A DNA stretch of 64,000 bases from an uncultured delta proteobacterium. Lineage in GTDB: Bacteria; Myxococcota; UBA727; VGSZ01. Numbering within the stretch: position 1 is the stretch's first letter; each line of letters begins with the position of its first letter. Location of the stretch: assembly GCA_963775425.1 (NCBI GenBank), contig CAVZJB010000012.1:288001-352000 (forward strand). The letters are read 5' to 3'. Made by a program: the position numbers and the translations under genes. The notes beneath the pieces were generated by a model that saw only the letters and a program-made list of their open reading frames with translations, did not search any database and was not told the DNA's origin. Positions 41,901 through 51,394 of this stretch are shown in pieces.

Positions 41901-42943
41901 AGGTCGTCTCGGTGGAGCCGAACCTCCCGGGCATGTTCCCTCCGATGACGGCGCTGGTGGTCCACCACAAGGACGGCTGGCGCATCGTGTCGTCGGCGGA
42001 GGAGCGCCTCGCGGTCGACGCGCTCGACGCCCTCGACCACGGCGACGCTGCGCGCGCCGCCACGCTCCTGCGCGTGCTGCGGCGTGTGAGCAACAACGAC
42101 AGCGCCGTCGTCGCGGCGGCGGAGCACGGCGAGTGGACCACGACCGTGCCGTGGTGGGCCGCGAGCATCGCCGTGCAACACGCACCTACGCGGGGGCGCG
42201 CGCTCGCGTGGATGGCCGCCCACGTCGGCGACATCGCCACGGGGCAGCAAGCGAGCTTCGCGGCGTCGGCGCTGTACACGGTGATGGTCGACGACGGAAA
42301 GCCGCCGCTCGCGCTCGGCAGCAAGCTCGCGGCGAGCGCGTCCGCCGACGTGCACCGCATCGGCGCGCGCCTCGAGATCCAGGCCCTGCGGCGGCTGGGC
42401 CGCTTCGCCGAAGCCAAGGCGCGCGTGGCCGAGGAGCTGAAGCGCACCCCCGACGACACGGTGCTGCAGTCGATGGAGATCAACGTCGCGGCCGACCTTG
42501 GCGACCTGGCGCGGGCGCGCTCGCTCGCGGTGTCGCGCGCGGCCTTGGCCGACGAGGCCCGCGCCGGCGATATGTTGAACAACGCGGCCTGGTACTCCAT
42601 CTACGACGGGCCCGACGACGCGGCGGTGCAGCAGGCCGAGCGCTCGGTGCAGATCAAGGCCAACGCGGCGCGGCTCAACACGCTCGCCGTCGTCGACGCC
42701 GAGCTCGGGCGCTTCGACGAGGCGGCCTCCGCGCTCCATCGCCAGCTCGCCGCGGAGCCCGACAACAACAATCGCCCGCCGCACGCGAGCACGCTCTTCG
42801 TCTTCGGCCGCCTCGCCGAAGCGCTTGGCTACACGGACGCGGCCAAGGCCGACTATAGGAAGATCGTGAAGCGCAAGGACGGCAGCGCCGACGACGTCTG
42901 GCGCCTCGCGCAGAGGCACCTGCGTTCGCTGGCGCACCCCTGA
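38990..42943 (+). CDS. DUF3857 + transglutaminase-like + TPR lipoprotein
   Basis: LPMAC lipobox-like; NIRYTG, GDCKD (Cys), FDHAI (His), WLDPT (Asp); TPR tail LNNAAW. Confidence 0.88.
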   Translation: MRPFRFLALILPMACATATRPPPAAPPTASPAPAARTGGRADPVVIELSEITVTVDAKGDAVEDEHDVYRVLVNDPPASWSSVYAAWRPWDDDPPTLDAVVVGPDGTTTHLDKKTVVDQPEPREDGILSDGKMRVAPLPGLTPGAVVDRHVRTVHRAQLVAGWSTGFGLAGDIPVKRKRIVLDVPRDAPLSIALLHSDLKPRREEKDDRLVLTFDSAPAPPSPDVPFLSPREAWTWPVLRVSTVASWQAAARAWTARAEQQIDVDKVAPLARSITKAATTRDDKVKAVLAWLRRNIRYTGLELGESAWVPSTSAQVLERKFGDCKDLALLTVAMLRSVGVDADVALVRSSGLDVSPEIPGLSPFDHAIVHLPAAPDLWLDPTNPFIAYGEMTGALLGRRALLARDDTTGLTVIQSRGTSRLDALVTTTLSEHQPARFERVRDTDGWLFSYPRELAMKNIDEYRKNLEKWAHDAHNSKQSPVIALGDPFASAPLHETLTVPDSSFGVADGPSAEALLVVDQLFNPVDDVTQLDEDGDLAKREAPLFLPMTADAKVVNRVVPPPGYRLETLPDDIAQGEGPVAIGLHWAHDGDAVLATLTLKEASGTLTADEARDLVALVSRIESMRVGFKSTVFAALEHGRYVTAVREAKGLTGAGDAPPAARALVAYALASAGLAELARPEAEAALRAAPDDVLVRNRVAYAFSVDEHGVELGKTFARKRVLEICKGTLDKHPDDEWSQRLYVLAAARNEHGVYLGPGVDFDDLAKRAQSYRDKTESTQLDDVLIDSLLRLHAWKELATLAAKLQQTPRRDAVWLAADVSVDGADKAIAHALHDKRYNDTTAGNAVQMLLMSRAYASAEKLVSVAAERNGRGAAVRPFVELMQKLKPCTLVKGDRSEPILRLMRGVVDGDDKEIASAFDVVDEQHAHDIATGARNAFTSQTHGQAIAGDTVCDVMQTATTLKSEPLPPYGEVVSVEPNLPGMFPPMTALVVHHKDGWRIVSSAEERLAVDALDALDHGDAARAATLLRVLRRVSNNDSAVVAAAEHGEWTTTVPWWAASIAVQHAPTRGRALAWMAAHVGDIATGQQASFAASALYTVMVDDGKPPLALGSKLAASASADVHRIGARLEIQALRRLGRFAEAKARVAEELKRTPDDTVLQSMEINVAADLGDLARARSLAVSRAALADEARAGDMLNNAAWYSIYDGPDDAAVQQAERSVQIKANAARLNTLAVVDAELGRFDEAASALHRQLAAEPDNNNRPPHASTLFVFGRLAEALGYTDAAKADYRKIVKRKDGSADDVWRLAQRHLRSLAHP

Positions 42944-42982
42944 CGCGGCCAGGCGGCGCGCCCGCCCGCGCCGGCCCCGGTG

Positions 42983-45900
42983 TTACGTGCGGGGCAAGCC
43001 CGCGGGCTCCACGGGGCCGCCGTCGACGACGACGGGCTTGCCGCCCTGCAGGCGCCGCTGCACGCGATCCATCCACACGAAGAACACGGGCGTCACGAAC
43101 AGCGTGAGGAGCTGCGAGAAGAACAGGCCGCCGACGACGGCGAGGCCGAGGGGCTGGCGGATCTCTGCGCCGCTGCCGATGCCGAGCGCGATGGGGAGCG
43201 TGCCCATGAGCGCGGCCATGGTGGTCATCATGATGGGCCGGAAGCGCACGAGGCTCGCCTCGAGGATGGCGTCCTCCGCGCTCTTGCCCTGCTTTTGCGC
43301 CTCGAGGGCGAAGTCCACCATCATGATGCCGTTCTTCTTCACGAGGCCGATGAGCATGATGATGCCGACGAAGGCGTAGACGCTCAGATCCTCGTGGAAC
43401 ACCAGCAGCGTGGCGAGCGCGCCGAAGCCGGCGAACGGCAGCGCCGACAAGATGGTCAGCGGGTGGATGAAGCTCTCGTAGAGGATGCCGAGCACCAGGT
43501 AGATGACGAGCACGGCGAGGAGCAGCAGGCCGCCCATGCCGTGCAACGAGGACTGGAAGATCTGCGCGCTGCCCTGAAAGCTCGTGGTCACCGAGGGCGG
43601 CACCACGTCGGCGGCCGCCTGCTGCACGATGTCGACGGCATCGCCCAGGGCGGTGCCCGCCTTGAGGTTGAACGAGAGCGTCACGGCCGGGAGCTGCCCG
43701 GCGTGGTTGATCTCGAGCGGCGCCGCCACCGTGTGCAGCGTGGCGAGGTCCGCGAGCGGCACCAGGGCGCCCGTGGCGGACTTGACATAGAGGCGCGACA
43801 GCGCCGCCGGGTCGAGCTGCATCTCGGGCAACAGCTCGAGGATGACCTGGTAGGTGTTGTTGGTCGCGTAGATGGTGGACACCTGCCGCGCGGCGAACGC
43901 GGAGAACAGCGTGTCCTCGACGGCCTCGGCGGAGACGCCCTTGGCGGAGGCGCGGTCGCGGTCGAGCTCGACCTCGATCTGTGGGCTTTTCACCTGGAGG
44001 TCGCTGTTGACGTCTTGGAGCTGCGGCGCGGCGCGCAGCTTCTGCTCGAGGGCGGAGGCGGTGGCGTAGAGCGTGTCGATGTCGGCGCTCTGCAGCGCGA
44101 ACTGGAACTCGCTCTTGCTCAGGTGGTTGCCGAGGCGGATGGACGGCGGCACCTGCATGAACACGCGGATGCCCGGGATCTCGGCGAGCTGCGGGCGCAG
44201 CCGATTGATGATCTCCGACGCCGACGCGCGCTCGCCCCGCGGCTTGAGGTGCAGGAACATCACGCCGGTGTTGGTGGCGCCGGCGCCCCCGCGCGCGCCC
44301 ATGCTCGACATGAACGCGTGCACGCCGGGATCGCGGGCGACGATCGCAGCGGCCGCGCGCTGGTGGCGCATCATCTCTTCGAACGACGTGCCCTCGATGG
44401 CCTGCGTCTGCACGAAGATCTGGCCGGTGTCCTCCGTGGGGAACAGGCCCTTCGGCGACCGCACGAAGAGGAACGCCGTGGCGCCGAGCACGACGACGGA
44501 GCCGGCGAGCACCAGGCCGCGGCGGCGCAGCGAGAAGCGCAGGCCGCGTTCGTAGATGGCGAGCACGCGCGCGAACAGGCGCCCCGCGCCGCTCGCCTTC
44601 GAGGGCGACCCGCCCGACGACGGCTCCGCGGGAGAGTGCGGCGCCGACGACAGCAAGCGCGAGGCGAGCATGGGGGTGAACGTGAGCGACACCACGCCCG
44701 AGATGAGGATGGCGACGCCGATGGTGATGGCGAACTCGCGGAACAGGCGGCCGAGCACGCCGCCCATGAACAACACCGGGATGAACACCGCCGACAGCGA
44801 GATGGTCATCGACACGATGGTGAAGCCAATCTCCCTGCTGCCCGTGAGCGACGCCTCGCGCGGCTCCGCCCCCTTCTCCATGTGGCGGACGATGTTTTCG
44901 AGCATGACGATGGCGTCGTCGACGACGAAGCCCAACGAGAGCGTCAGCGCCATGAGCGAGAGGTTGTCGATGGTGTAGCCGAGCACGTCGAGCACGCCGA
45001 ACGTGCCGAGCAGCGACAGCGGCAGCGCGAGGCTGGGGATGATGGTGGCGCGCACGTTGCGCAGGAAGACGTAGATGACGAGCACCACGAGCACGAGCGT
45101 GACCAAAAGCGTGGCCTGGACGTCGTTGACCGACGCGCGGATGGACGCCGAGCGATCGAAGAGCACCGCGGTGGTGACCGACGCCGGCAACTGCGACTGC
45201 AGCTTGGGCAGCAGCGCCTTGATGGCCTGCGCCACCTCGATGGTGTTGGTGCCCGGTTGGCGTTGGACGGCCAGCACCACGGAGCGCTGGTCGTGCATGA
45301 GCCCCGTCTTTTCGTCGCGCGTGACGAACCAGGCGGCGGTGCGCACGTTCTCGACGCTGTCCACCACGCGCCCGAGGTCCCCGAGGCGGACGGGCGCGCC
45401 GTTCTTCCACGCCACCACGAGCGGCTTGTACTCGGCGGCGCTCTGGAGCTGCCCGCGCGCCTCGATGGTGAAGGCACGGTGGGCGCCGTCGAGGACGCCG
45501 CCGGGGAGGTTGACGTTGGCGGACTGGACGGCCTTGGCGACGTCGTCGATGGACAGGCCGCGCGACGCGAGCGCGTCCGGCGAGAGCTGCACACGCACCG
45601 CGTACTTCTGGGAGCCGTAGACGGACACCTGCGCCACGCCGTCCACCATGGAGATGCGCTGCGCCATCATGGTCTCGCCGTACTCGTCGAGCTGCGACAG
45701 CGGCAGCGTGGGCGACGTGAGGGCGATGTAGAGGATGGGCGACGAGGCCGGGTTCACCTTGCGGTACGACGGCGGCGTCGGCATCGACGGCGGCAGCTTG
45801 CGCGCCGCGCCGGCGATGGCCGCCTGCACGTCCTGCGCGGCGGCGTCGATGTCGCGCTTGAGCGAGAACTGCAGGGTGATGGACGTGGAGCCGAGCGAAG

Positions 45901-46150
45901 ACACCGACGACATGGAGTCGATGCCGGCGATGGTGGCGAACTCCCGCTCGAGGGGCGTGGCGACGGCCGCCGACATCGTCTCCGGGCTCGCGCCGGGCAG
46001 GGACGCGCTCACCTGGATGGTGGGGAAGTCGACGTTGGGGACGTCGTTCACCGGCAGGTCGCGATAGCCGACCACGCCGAAGGCGATGATGGCGGCGACG
46101 AGCAACGTGGTCGCCACCGGCCGCCGGATGAAGATCTCGCTGACGTTCAC
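42983..46150 (-). CDS. RND efflux permease (MdtB/MdtC-like)
   Basis: FIRRPVATTLL, PNVDFPTI, GFVVDDAIVMLENI, KKNGIMMVDFA, RFRPIMMTT. Confidence 0.95.
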   Translation of the reverse strand: MNVSEIFIRRPVATTLLVAAIIAFGVVGYRDLPVNDVPNVDFPTIQVSASLPGASPETMSAAVATPLEREFATIAGIDSMSSVSSLGSTSITLQFSLKRDIDAAAQDVQAAIAGAARKLPPSMPTPPSYRKVNPASSPILYIALTSPTLPLSQLDEYGETMMAQRISMVDGVAQVSVYGSQKYAVRVQLSPDALASRGLSIDDVAKAVQSANVNLPGGVLDGAHRAFTIEARGQLQSAAEYKPLVVAWKNGAPVRLGDLGRVVDSVENVRTAAWFVTRDEKTGLMHDQRSVVLAVQRQPGTNTIEVAQAIKALLPKLQSQLPASVTTAVLFDRSASIRASVNDVQATLLVTLVLVVLVIYVFLRNVRATIIPSLALPLSLLGTFGVLDVLGYTIDNLSLMALTLSLGFVVDDAIVMLENIVRHMEKGAEPREASLTGSREIGFTIVSMTISLSAVFIPVLFMGGVLGRLFREFAITIGVAILISGVVSLTFTPMLASRLLSSAPHSPAEPSSGGSPSKASGAGRLFARVLAIYERGLRFSLRRRGLVLAGSVVVLGATAFLFVRSPKGLFPTEDTGQIFVQTQAIEGTSFEEMMRHQRAAAAIVARDPGVHAFMSSMGARGGAGATNTGVMFLHLKPRGERASASEIINRLRPQLAEIPGIRVFMQVPPSIRLGNHLSKSEFQFALQSADIDTLYATASALEQKLRAAPQLQDVNSDLQVKSPQIEVELDRDRASAKGVSAEAVEDTLFSAFAARQVSTIYATNNTYQVILELLPEMQLDPAALSRLYVKSATGALVPLADLATLHTVAAPLEINHAGQLPAVTLSFNLKAGTALGDAVDIVQQAAADVVPPSVTTSFQGSAQIFQSSLHGMGGLLLLAVLVIYLVLGILYESFIHPLTILSALPFAGFGALATLLVFHEDLSVYAFVGIIMLIGLVKKNGIMMVDFALEAQKQGKSAEDAILEASLVRFRPIMMTTMAALMGTLPIALGIGSGAEIRQPLGLAVVGGLFFSQLLTLFVTPVFFVWMDRVQRRLQGGKPVVVDGGPVEPAGLPRT

Positions 46151-47376
46151 GGCGCCGCAGCCCCGGGCGTGCGCTTGCCGTCGCCCTGCTGCGCGGGGGC
46201 TCCGCCCGCGCCCGAAGGTGCCGCCGAAGGCTCCCCGGTCACCGCCGGCTTCTCGACGATGTGCGCGCCGGGGACCAGGGCGAGCTGGCCGTCGACGACG
46301 ATCTTCTCGCCGGCGCCTACCCCGTTGTCGACGACGACGGTGCCGTCGTGCGCCGGCCCGGTCTTCACCGGCCGCATCTCCACGGTGTCGTCCGCCTTGA
46401 CCACGAAGACGAACGGGCCCTGCTGGCTGGTCTGCACGGCCGACGCCGGCACCACCACGGCGTCGTCGCGCACGCCGAGCCGGAGCACCACGCGCACGTA
46501 CGCGCCTGGCCACAAAAGCTCGTCCTTGTTGTCGAAGTCGGCCTTGCACGGCACCGAGCCCGTGGACGCGTCGACGGCGCCACCGACGAAGGTGAGCGTG
46601 CCCTTGGCGACGACGTCCTCGTGCTCGGGCAAGCGCGCCTGCACCTCCAGCGCGCCGCTCTTCATCCGCTGCTGCACGTCGTAGAGCCGCTCCTGGGGCA
46701 GACCGAAGGAGACCTGGATGGGCGACACCTGGCGGATGACGACGACGGGCGCGCCGCCGGGCTGCACGAGGTTGCCCACGGTGATCTCGCGCTTGTCGGT
46801 GCGGCCCGTGATGGGCGACGTCACGCGCGTCCAGCTCAGGTCGAGCCTGGCCTTGTCCACCGCCGCCTGGTCCGCCACCACGGTGGCGTGCAGCGCCTTG
46901 GCCGTGGCCGCCTTGCTGTCGGCCTCCTGCGGCGACACGAGCTTCTGCGTGATCATCTGCGCGTAGCGGCTGGCCTCGGCGTCGGCGTTGTCGAGCTGCG
47001 CCTGATCGCGCGCGAGCACGGCCTCCGCCTGCGCGAGCGCGGCGACGTAGGGCTCGCGATCGATCTCGAAGAGCAGCGCGCCCTTGTCGACGGTCTGGCC
47101 CTCCTTGAATTTGAGCGACGTGATCTGCCCGCTCACGCGCGGCTGCACGGACACGGTCGCGAACGGCACCACGCTGCCGACGGTGCTCACCTCGAGCGGC
47201 ACCGACGCCTTGCGCGCGACGTCGACGGTGACGGACGCCGGCGGCCTCGCGCGCTTCATCGCGCCGGCCTTGTCGCCGCCCGAGCAGCCGCCCGCGACGA
47301 GCGCCGTGACCAGCGCGGCGACGGCGACGAGCGCGCCCAAGGCGCCGCGGTCATGGTGGTGGGGGACGGTGATCAT
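46147..47376 (-). CDS. RND periplasmic adaptor (MdtA-like)
   Basis: VQPRVSGQI, GQTVDKGALLFEID, SPITGRT, LWPGAYV; lipobox-like AGGC. Confidence 0.93.
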   Translation of the reverse strand: MITVPHHHDRGALGALVAVAALVTALVAGGCSGGDKAGAMKRARPPASVTVDVARKASVPLEVSTVGSVVPFATVSVQPRVSGQITSLKFKEGQTVDKGALLFEIDREPYVAALAQAEAVLARDQAQLDNADAEASRYAQMITQKLVSPQEADSKAATAKALHATVVADQAAVDKARLDLSWTRVTSPITGRTDKREITVGNLVQPGGAPVVVIRQVSPIQVSFGLPQERLYDVQQRMKSGALEVQARLPEHEDVVAKGTLTFVGGAVDASTGSVPCKADFDNKDELLWPGAYVRVVLRLGVRDDAVVVPASAVQTSQQGPFVFVVKADDTVEMRPVKTGPAHDGTVVVDNGVGAGEKIVVDGQLALVPGAHIVEKPAVTGEPSAAPSGAGGAPAQQGDGKRTPGAAAP

Positions 47377-48683
47377 CGCTTGAGCACACCGGTGGCGGCC
47401 ATCAATCGGAGCTTGGCACCTTCGAGCCGAAACCGCGCCCCGATCACGCTCAAGAGCGCGTCGGACTGCTGCGTCTCGGCGTCGATGAGCTCGAGGAGGC
47501 CGGCCGCCCCCGCTTCGTAGCGCCCCGACGCCTGCCGGTAGTTCTCGTCGGCCTGCGTCTGGAGCTGCTCCGCCGCACGGAGCGCCGCGTCGAAGGAGCG
47601 CACGGCGATGGCCGCCTGCGCCGCCTCGCCGCGGATGGCGAGCACCTCCTGGCGGTAGGCCGCGCGCGCCACCAGGGCCTCGGCGTCGGCCGAGGCGATC
47701 TGGGCGCTGATGCCCGCGTCGAAGATGGGGACGGTCAGCGAGGCGCCGACGCCGACGGACTCGCCGGCGGTGGCCCCGGGGAGCACGGTGCCGACGAGGT
47801 CGGTGCCGGCGCCCGCCGTCGCCGACACCGCGGGCATGCGCGCGGCGCGGGCGGACATGGACGCGGCCTCCGCGGCGTCGACGCGCAGCTTGAGCGACTG
47901 CACCTCGGCGCGGCTCTGCTCGGCGAGGTCGGCGGCCTGGGCGGGATCGTCGGCGACCGCCAGCGCGCCCGGGGGCGCGATGCGCAGCGGCCTGGCCGGG
48001 TCGAGGCCGAGGGCGATGGCGAGGGAGGCGGCGTCGTCGGCGGCCGCGGCGTCGGCGCTCGTGACGTCGACCTTGGCGGTCTCGAGGGCCACCTGCGCGC
48101 GCGTCTCCTCGATGGGCGAGGCGAGGCCGCTCTGCACGCGGCCCTTGGCGACGTCGAGGAGGCGCTGGCGCTCGCCGACGAGCTTCTTGCGCGCGTCGAT
48201 GAGCTCGAGGTCGCCGGCGAGCGCGAGGAACGAGGTGCCCGCGGCGACGGCGGCGTCGTTGCGGACGGCGTTGACGTCGGCCTCGGCGGCGTCGTGGGAC
48301 AAGCGCGCGGAGCGGACGCCCTCGGAGGTGCGCCCGAAGTCGAGCAGCAGCCAGCGCGCGTCGACGCCGGCGCCGGCGTTGGCGGTGGCGCCGAACCCCT
48401 TGCCGCACGCGAGGCCGCTGCAGGGCAGGAGCGCGTTGTCGTTGGTGACCGTGGCGCCGGTGTCGATGGAGGCGGACAGCGAGGGCAGGGCGGGGGCGGC
48501 GGCCACGTCGATGCGGGTGCGGGCCACGTAGGCCTGCGCCTTGGCGGACGCCACCGCCGGCGCCTCCTCCCACGCGCGGGTGAGCACCGCGTCGAGGCTG
48601 AGCGTCTGCGTCTGCGCCGCGGCGGGCGTCGCGAGCAGCGCGGCGACGAGGAGCGCGGCGCTCCGGTGAAAGAGAGGGCGCAT
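47373..48683 (-). CDS. TolC family outer membrane efflux protein
   Basis: Signal peptide; LLDFG, LTVPIFDAG, RYEAG...LELIDA. Confidence 0.9.
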   Translation of the reverse strand: MRPLFHRSAALLVAALLATPAAAQTQTLSLDAVLTRAWEEAPAVASAKAQAYVARTRIDVAAAPALPSLSASIDTGATVTNDNALLPCSGLACGKGFGATANAGAGVDARWLLLDFGRTSEGVRSARLSHDAAEADVNAVRNDAAVAAGTSFLALAGDLELIDARKKLVGERQRLLDVAKGRVQSGLASPIEETRAQVALETAKVDVTSADAAAADDAASLAIALGLDPARPLRIAPPGALAVADDPAQAADLAEQSRAEVQSLKLRVDAAEAASMSARAARMPAVSATAGAGTDLVGTVLPGATAGESVGVGASLTVPIFDAGISAQIASADAEALVARAAYRQEVLAIRGEAAQAAIAVRSFDAALRAAEQLQTQADENYRQASGRYEAGAAGLLELIDAETQQSDALLSVIGARFRLEGAKLRLMAATGVLKR

Positions 48684-48773
48684 GGGTCGGACATGACACC
48701 TGGCGCCTCGAATGTCTAAACCCCGGCTCGCACGGATCCGGGCGCGGTCCGGCCGTGACGCGGACGGCAGCGG

Positions 48774-50207
48774 TCACGCGCGGGGCGGGTACGCGGGCTC
48801 GAAGCCGCCGAGGTCTTCCTCGAGGGCCATCGCCACGGCGATGGTGGTGCGATCGTTTCCGCCCGAGCCGATCACCTGCACGCCGCTCGGCAGGCCGTTG
48901 CCGTCGCTGCCGACGGGGACGGCGGTGGCGGCGACGTCGAGCACGTTCCACACGGCGGCGAGCACGACGTCGCCGGGGCGCCGCAGCGCCTGGCCGTGGA
49001 ACGGCGCCGTGGTGGTGTAGGGCGGAAAGAGGATCACGGCGTCGTCGCCGAGGAGCGCGCGCAGCCGCCCCTGGAAGCGCAGCGCCTTTTCGTGTCCGCC
49101 GCGCGTGAAGTGCAGCCGCGCCGCCGTGCGCTCGAGCGCCATGAACGCGAGCGCCGGCACCGTGTGCCGCGCGCGGCCGAGGGCGAGCCCGACGAGCTCG
49201 CGCCCGAGGGGGACGGACGTGTCGTCGCCGAGCCACGACTCGAAGCTCTTGTCGGCGGTGGCGCGCAGCGAGTCGCCCCACATGTCGAACGCGTCTTTGA
49301 GCTCGGGCAGCTCGGTGTCGACGACGTGCGCGCCGCGCGCCTTCAGCGCCGCCGCCGCGCGCGCCTGCGCCGTGCGCACCGCCGGCGACGGCGTGCGCCG
49401 CCCGTCGTTCCTCACGACGTGCACGGTGAGGTGCTCGATGCGAACTGCGCGCGGATCGCCGAGCGACGGATCGTGTCCGCTCATGACGTCGAGGAGCGGC
49501 CCGATGTCGCGGGCGCTGCGCGCGACGGGGCCGATGCCGACGAAGCGGCGCGCACGGGGCGACGCCTCGGGGATGTGGCCGTCGGCGGGCACGAGGCCGC
49601 CGGTGGTCTTGTGTCCGAACACGCCGCAGAAGAACGCGGGCAGGCGGATGGAGCCGCCGACGTCGGAGGCGACGCCGAACGGTGACGCGCCCGCGGCGAC
49701 GACGGCGGCCTCTCCGCCCGAGGAGCCGCCGCAGGTGCGCGCGGGATCGTGCGGGTTGTTGGTGCGGCCATAGACGCGGTTGTCCGTCTCCATCCACATG
49801 GCCATCTCGGGCATGTTGGTGACGCCGAGCGGGATGCCGCCGGCGGCGACGAGCCTCTCGACGACGAGCGCGGAGCGATCCGCGGTGCGCCCCGCGCGCA
49901 GCACGGAGCCCGAGGTGTGCGGCAGGCCGGCGACGCCGAAGCACTCCTTGACGGTGAAGGGCACGCCGAACAGCGGCGGCAAGCCCCCGACCTCGCCGCC
50001 GCCGCCGGGGCGCCGCACCAGCGCGGCCTCCTGGGCGCGCGCGTCGCCGCGCGCCTCCTCGAAGCGGTTGGCGACGACGGCGTTGATGATCGGGTTCCAG
50101 CGCAGGATCTCTTTGATGTGCGCGTCGACGAGCTCGATGGGCTTGAGCGCGCGCCGGCGCACGAGCGCCGCGAGCTCCACGACGGGGGCGCGCAGCAGGT
50201 CGCTCAC
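48774..50207 (-). CDS. Amidase signature enzyme (FAAH2-like)
   Basis: GVPFTVKE, GRTNNP, GGSSGGE, SDVGGSIRLPAFFCG; GTGA overlap with upstream gene. Confidence 0.92.
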   Translation of the reverse strand: MSDLLRAPVVELAALVRRRALKPIELVDAHIKEILRWNPIINAVVANRFEEARGDARAQEAALVRRPGGGGEVGGLPPLFGVPFTVKECFGVAGLPHTSGSVLRAGRTADRSALVVERLVAAGGIPLGVTNMPEMAMWMETDNRVYGRTNNPHDPARTCGGSSGGEAAVVAAGASPFGVASDVGGSIRLPAFFCGVFGHKTTGGLVPADGHIPEASPRARRFVGIGPVARSARDIGPLLDVMSGHDPSLGDPRAVRIEHLTVHVVRNDGRRTPSPAVRTAQARAAAALKARGAHVVDTELPELKDAFDMWGDSLRATADKSFESWLGDDTSVPLGRELVGLALGRARHTVPALAFMALERTAARLHFTRGGHEKALRFQGRLRALLGDDAVILFPPYTTTAPFHGQALRRPGDVVLAAVWNVLDVAATAVPVGSDGNGLPSGVQVIGSGGNDRTTIAVAMALEEDLGGFEPAYPPRA

Positions 50208-51208
50208 GGCGCGGGAGGCGCGGCGCTGAAGCAGGCGCTCGGGACGCTGGTGCACAGGCCGTTGTCGCAGGCCTTGGTCTGGCACTGGGCGGAGCGCTGG
50301 CACGCGCCGCCCTGCGGGACGAGCGCGGTGCACGTCGTCGACGTGCCGTCGCAAAAGCCGGAGTCGCATTCGACGTCGGCGCCGCAGCTCTCGCCGAGCT
50401 CGACGGTGGCCTGGCAGACGCCGGCGGCGCACGCGGCGGCGTACGGGCAGGCGTCGGCGAAGTCGCAGGCGTCACCGACGCCGACGTAGCTGGGCGCGGC
50501 GCACACCTGATTGTGGCAGGTGGCGCCGAGGACGCAGGGGTCGTTGCCGCCGCAGCTCTCGCCGGGGTGCTTGCGGGCCTTGCACGTCAAAGAGACGGAG
50601 TCGCACACGCTGTCGTGGCCGCAGGTGACGCCGTCGGGCTCGCAGCTCGCGCCGTCGTCGACGACGCTCTCGCAGACGCCGCACCCGGTGAGGTCGACGG
50701 CGCACACGGTGCCGGGGGCGCACGTGAAGCTCTCGATGTCGAAGCCGCACGGCTCGCCGGCGGCCTGGGTGCCGACCCACATGTCCGCGCAGGGGCCCTC
50801 GAGGTCCTGGACCTGCTGGTCGCACTCGACGGTCTGCAGGTGCGCGCGGCACGCGTCGATGCCCTCCTGCGAGAGGGTGAGGAGCCCGGCGTTGACGAGG
50901 GAGACGTACGTGGGCTCGAAGCGCGCGTTGCACGCCTCGAGGAACACCGAGCGGCACGTCTCTTCGTCGGGGACCGCCATGCGCCCGCAGCGCAGGTAGA
51001 AGGGGCAGAAGAAGTCGACGATGTCCTCGCAGTAGCCGGTGGGGTCGAGGCCGCCGGGGCCGGCGTCGACGACGCCCGCGTCGTCGGGCACGCCGGCGTC
51101 GACGACGATGTGCGGCGGCGGCGGGCACCCCGCGAGCCACACGGTGGCGGCGGCGAGCAGGCCCGCGAGCGGGCGCGCGGCGGTGGATCGGGCGACGACG
51201 CGAGGCAC
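50204..51208 (-). CDS. Cysteine-rich repeat lipoprotein
   Basis: WLAGC lipobox; repeated G(E/A/D)xC...C...C...C modules. Confidence 0.75.
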   Translation of the reverse strand: MPRVVARSTAARPLAGLLAAATVWLAGCPPPPHIVVDAGVPDDAGVVDAGPGGLDPTGYCEDIVDFFCPFYLRCGRMAVPDEETCRSVFLEACNARFEPTYVSLVNAGLLTLSQEGIDACRAHLQTVECDQQVQDLEGPCADMWVGTQAAGEPCGFDIESFTCAPGTVCAVDLTGCGVCESVVDDGASCEPDGVTCGHDSVCDSVSLTCKARKHPGESCGGNDPCVLGATCHNQVCAAPSYVGVGDACDFADACPYAAACAAGVCQATVELGESCGADVECDSGFCDGTSTTCTALVPQGGACQRSAQCQTKACDNGLCTSVPSACFSAAPPAP

Positions 51209-51394
51209 GCCCTCGCTTGTCCCGCCGCACCCGGTTTTTCAATCGCCGCAGCAGGCGGCTCGACGCCCTGTTCGCCGGCGGCGCGGACGCGTGCGCGGCG
51301 CCCGCCCGGCATCGGTCGAATGACGGACGTCGTCGGCCGGAAGACGCCCGCCCCGGACCTTGATAGCAGAATCATGATTCTAAATGGAGGCGGC

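Noticed and set aside
46147-50475. 1442-aa adaptor fusion, and similar N-terminal extensions (664..3228, 7285..9444, 13567..15111, 16852..19050)
   Set aside because: The extensions overlap other real genes. True starts are at internal codons, several of which overlap the upstream stop.
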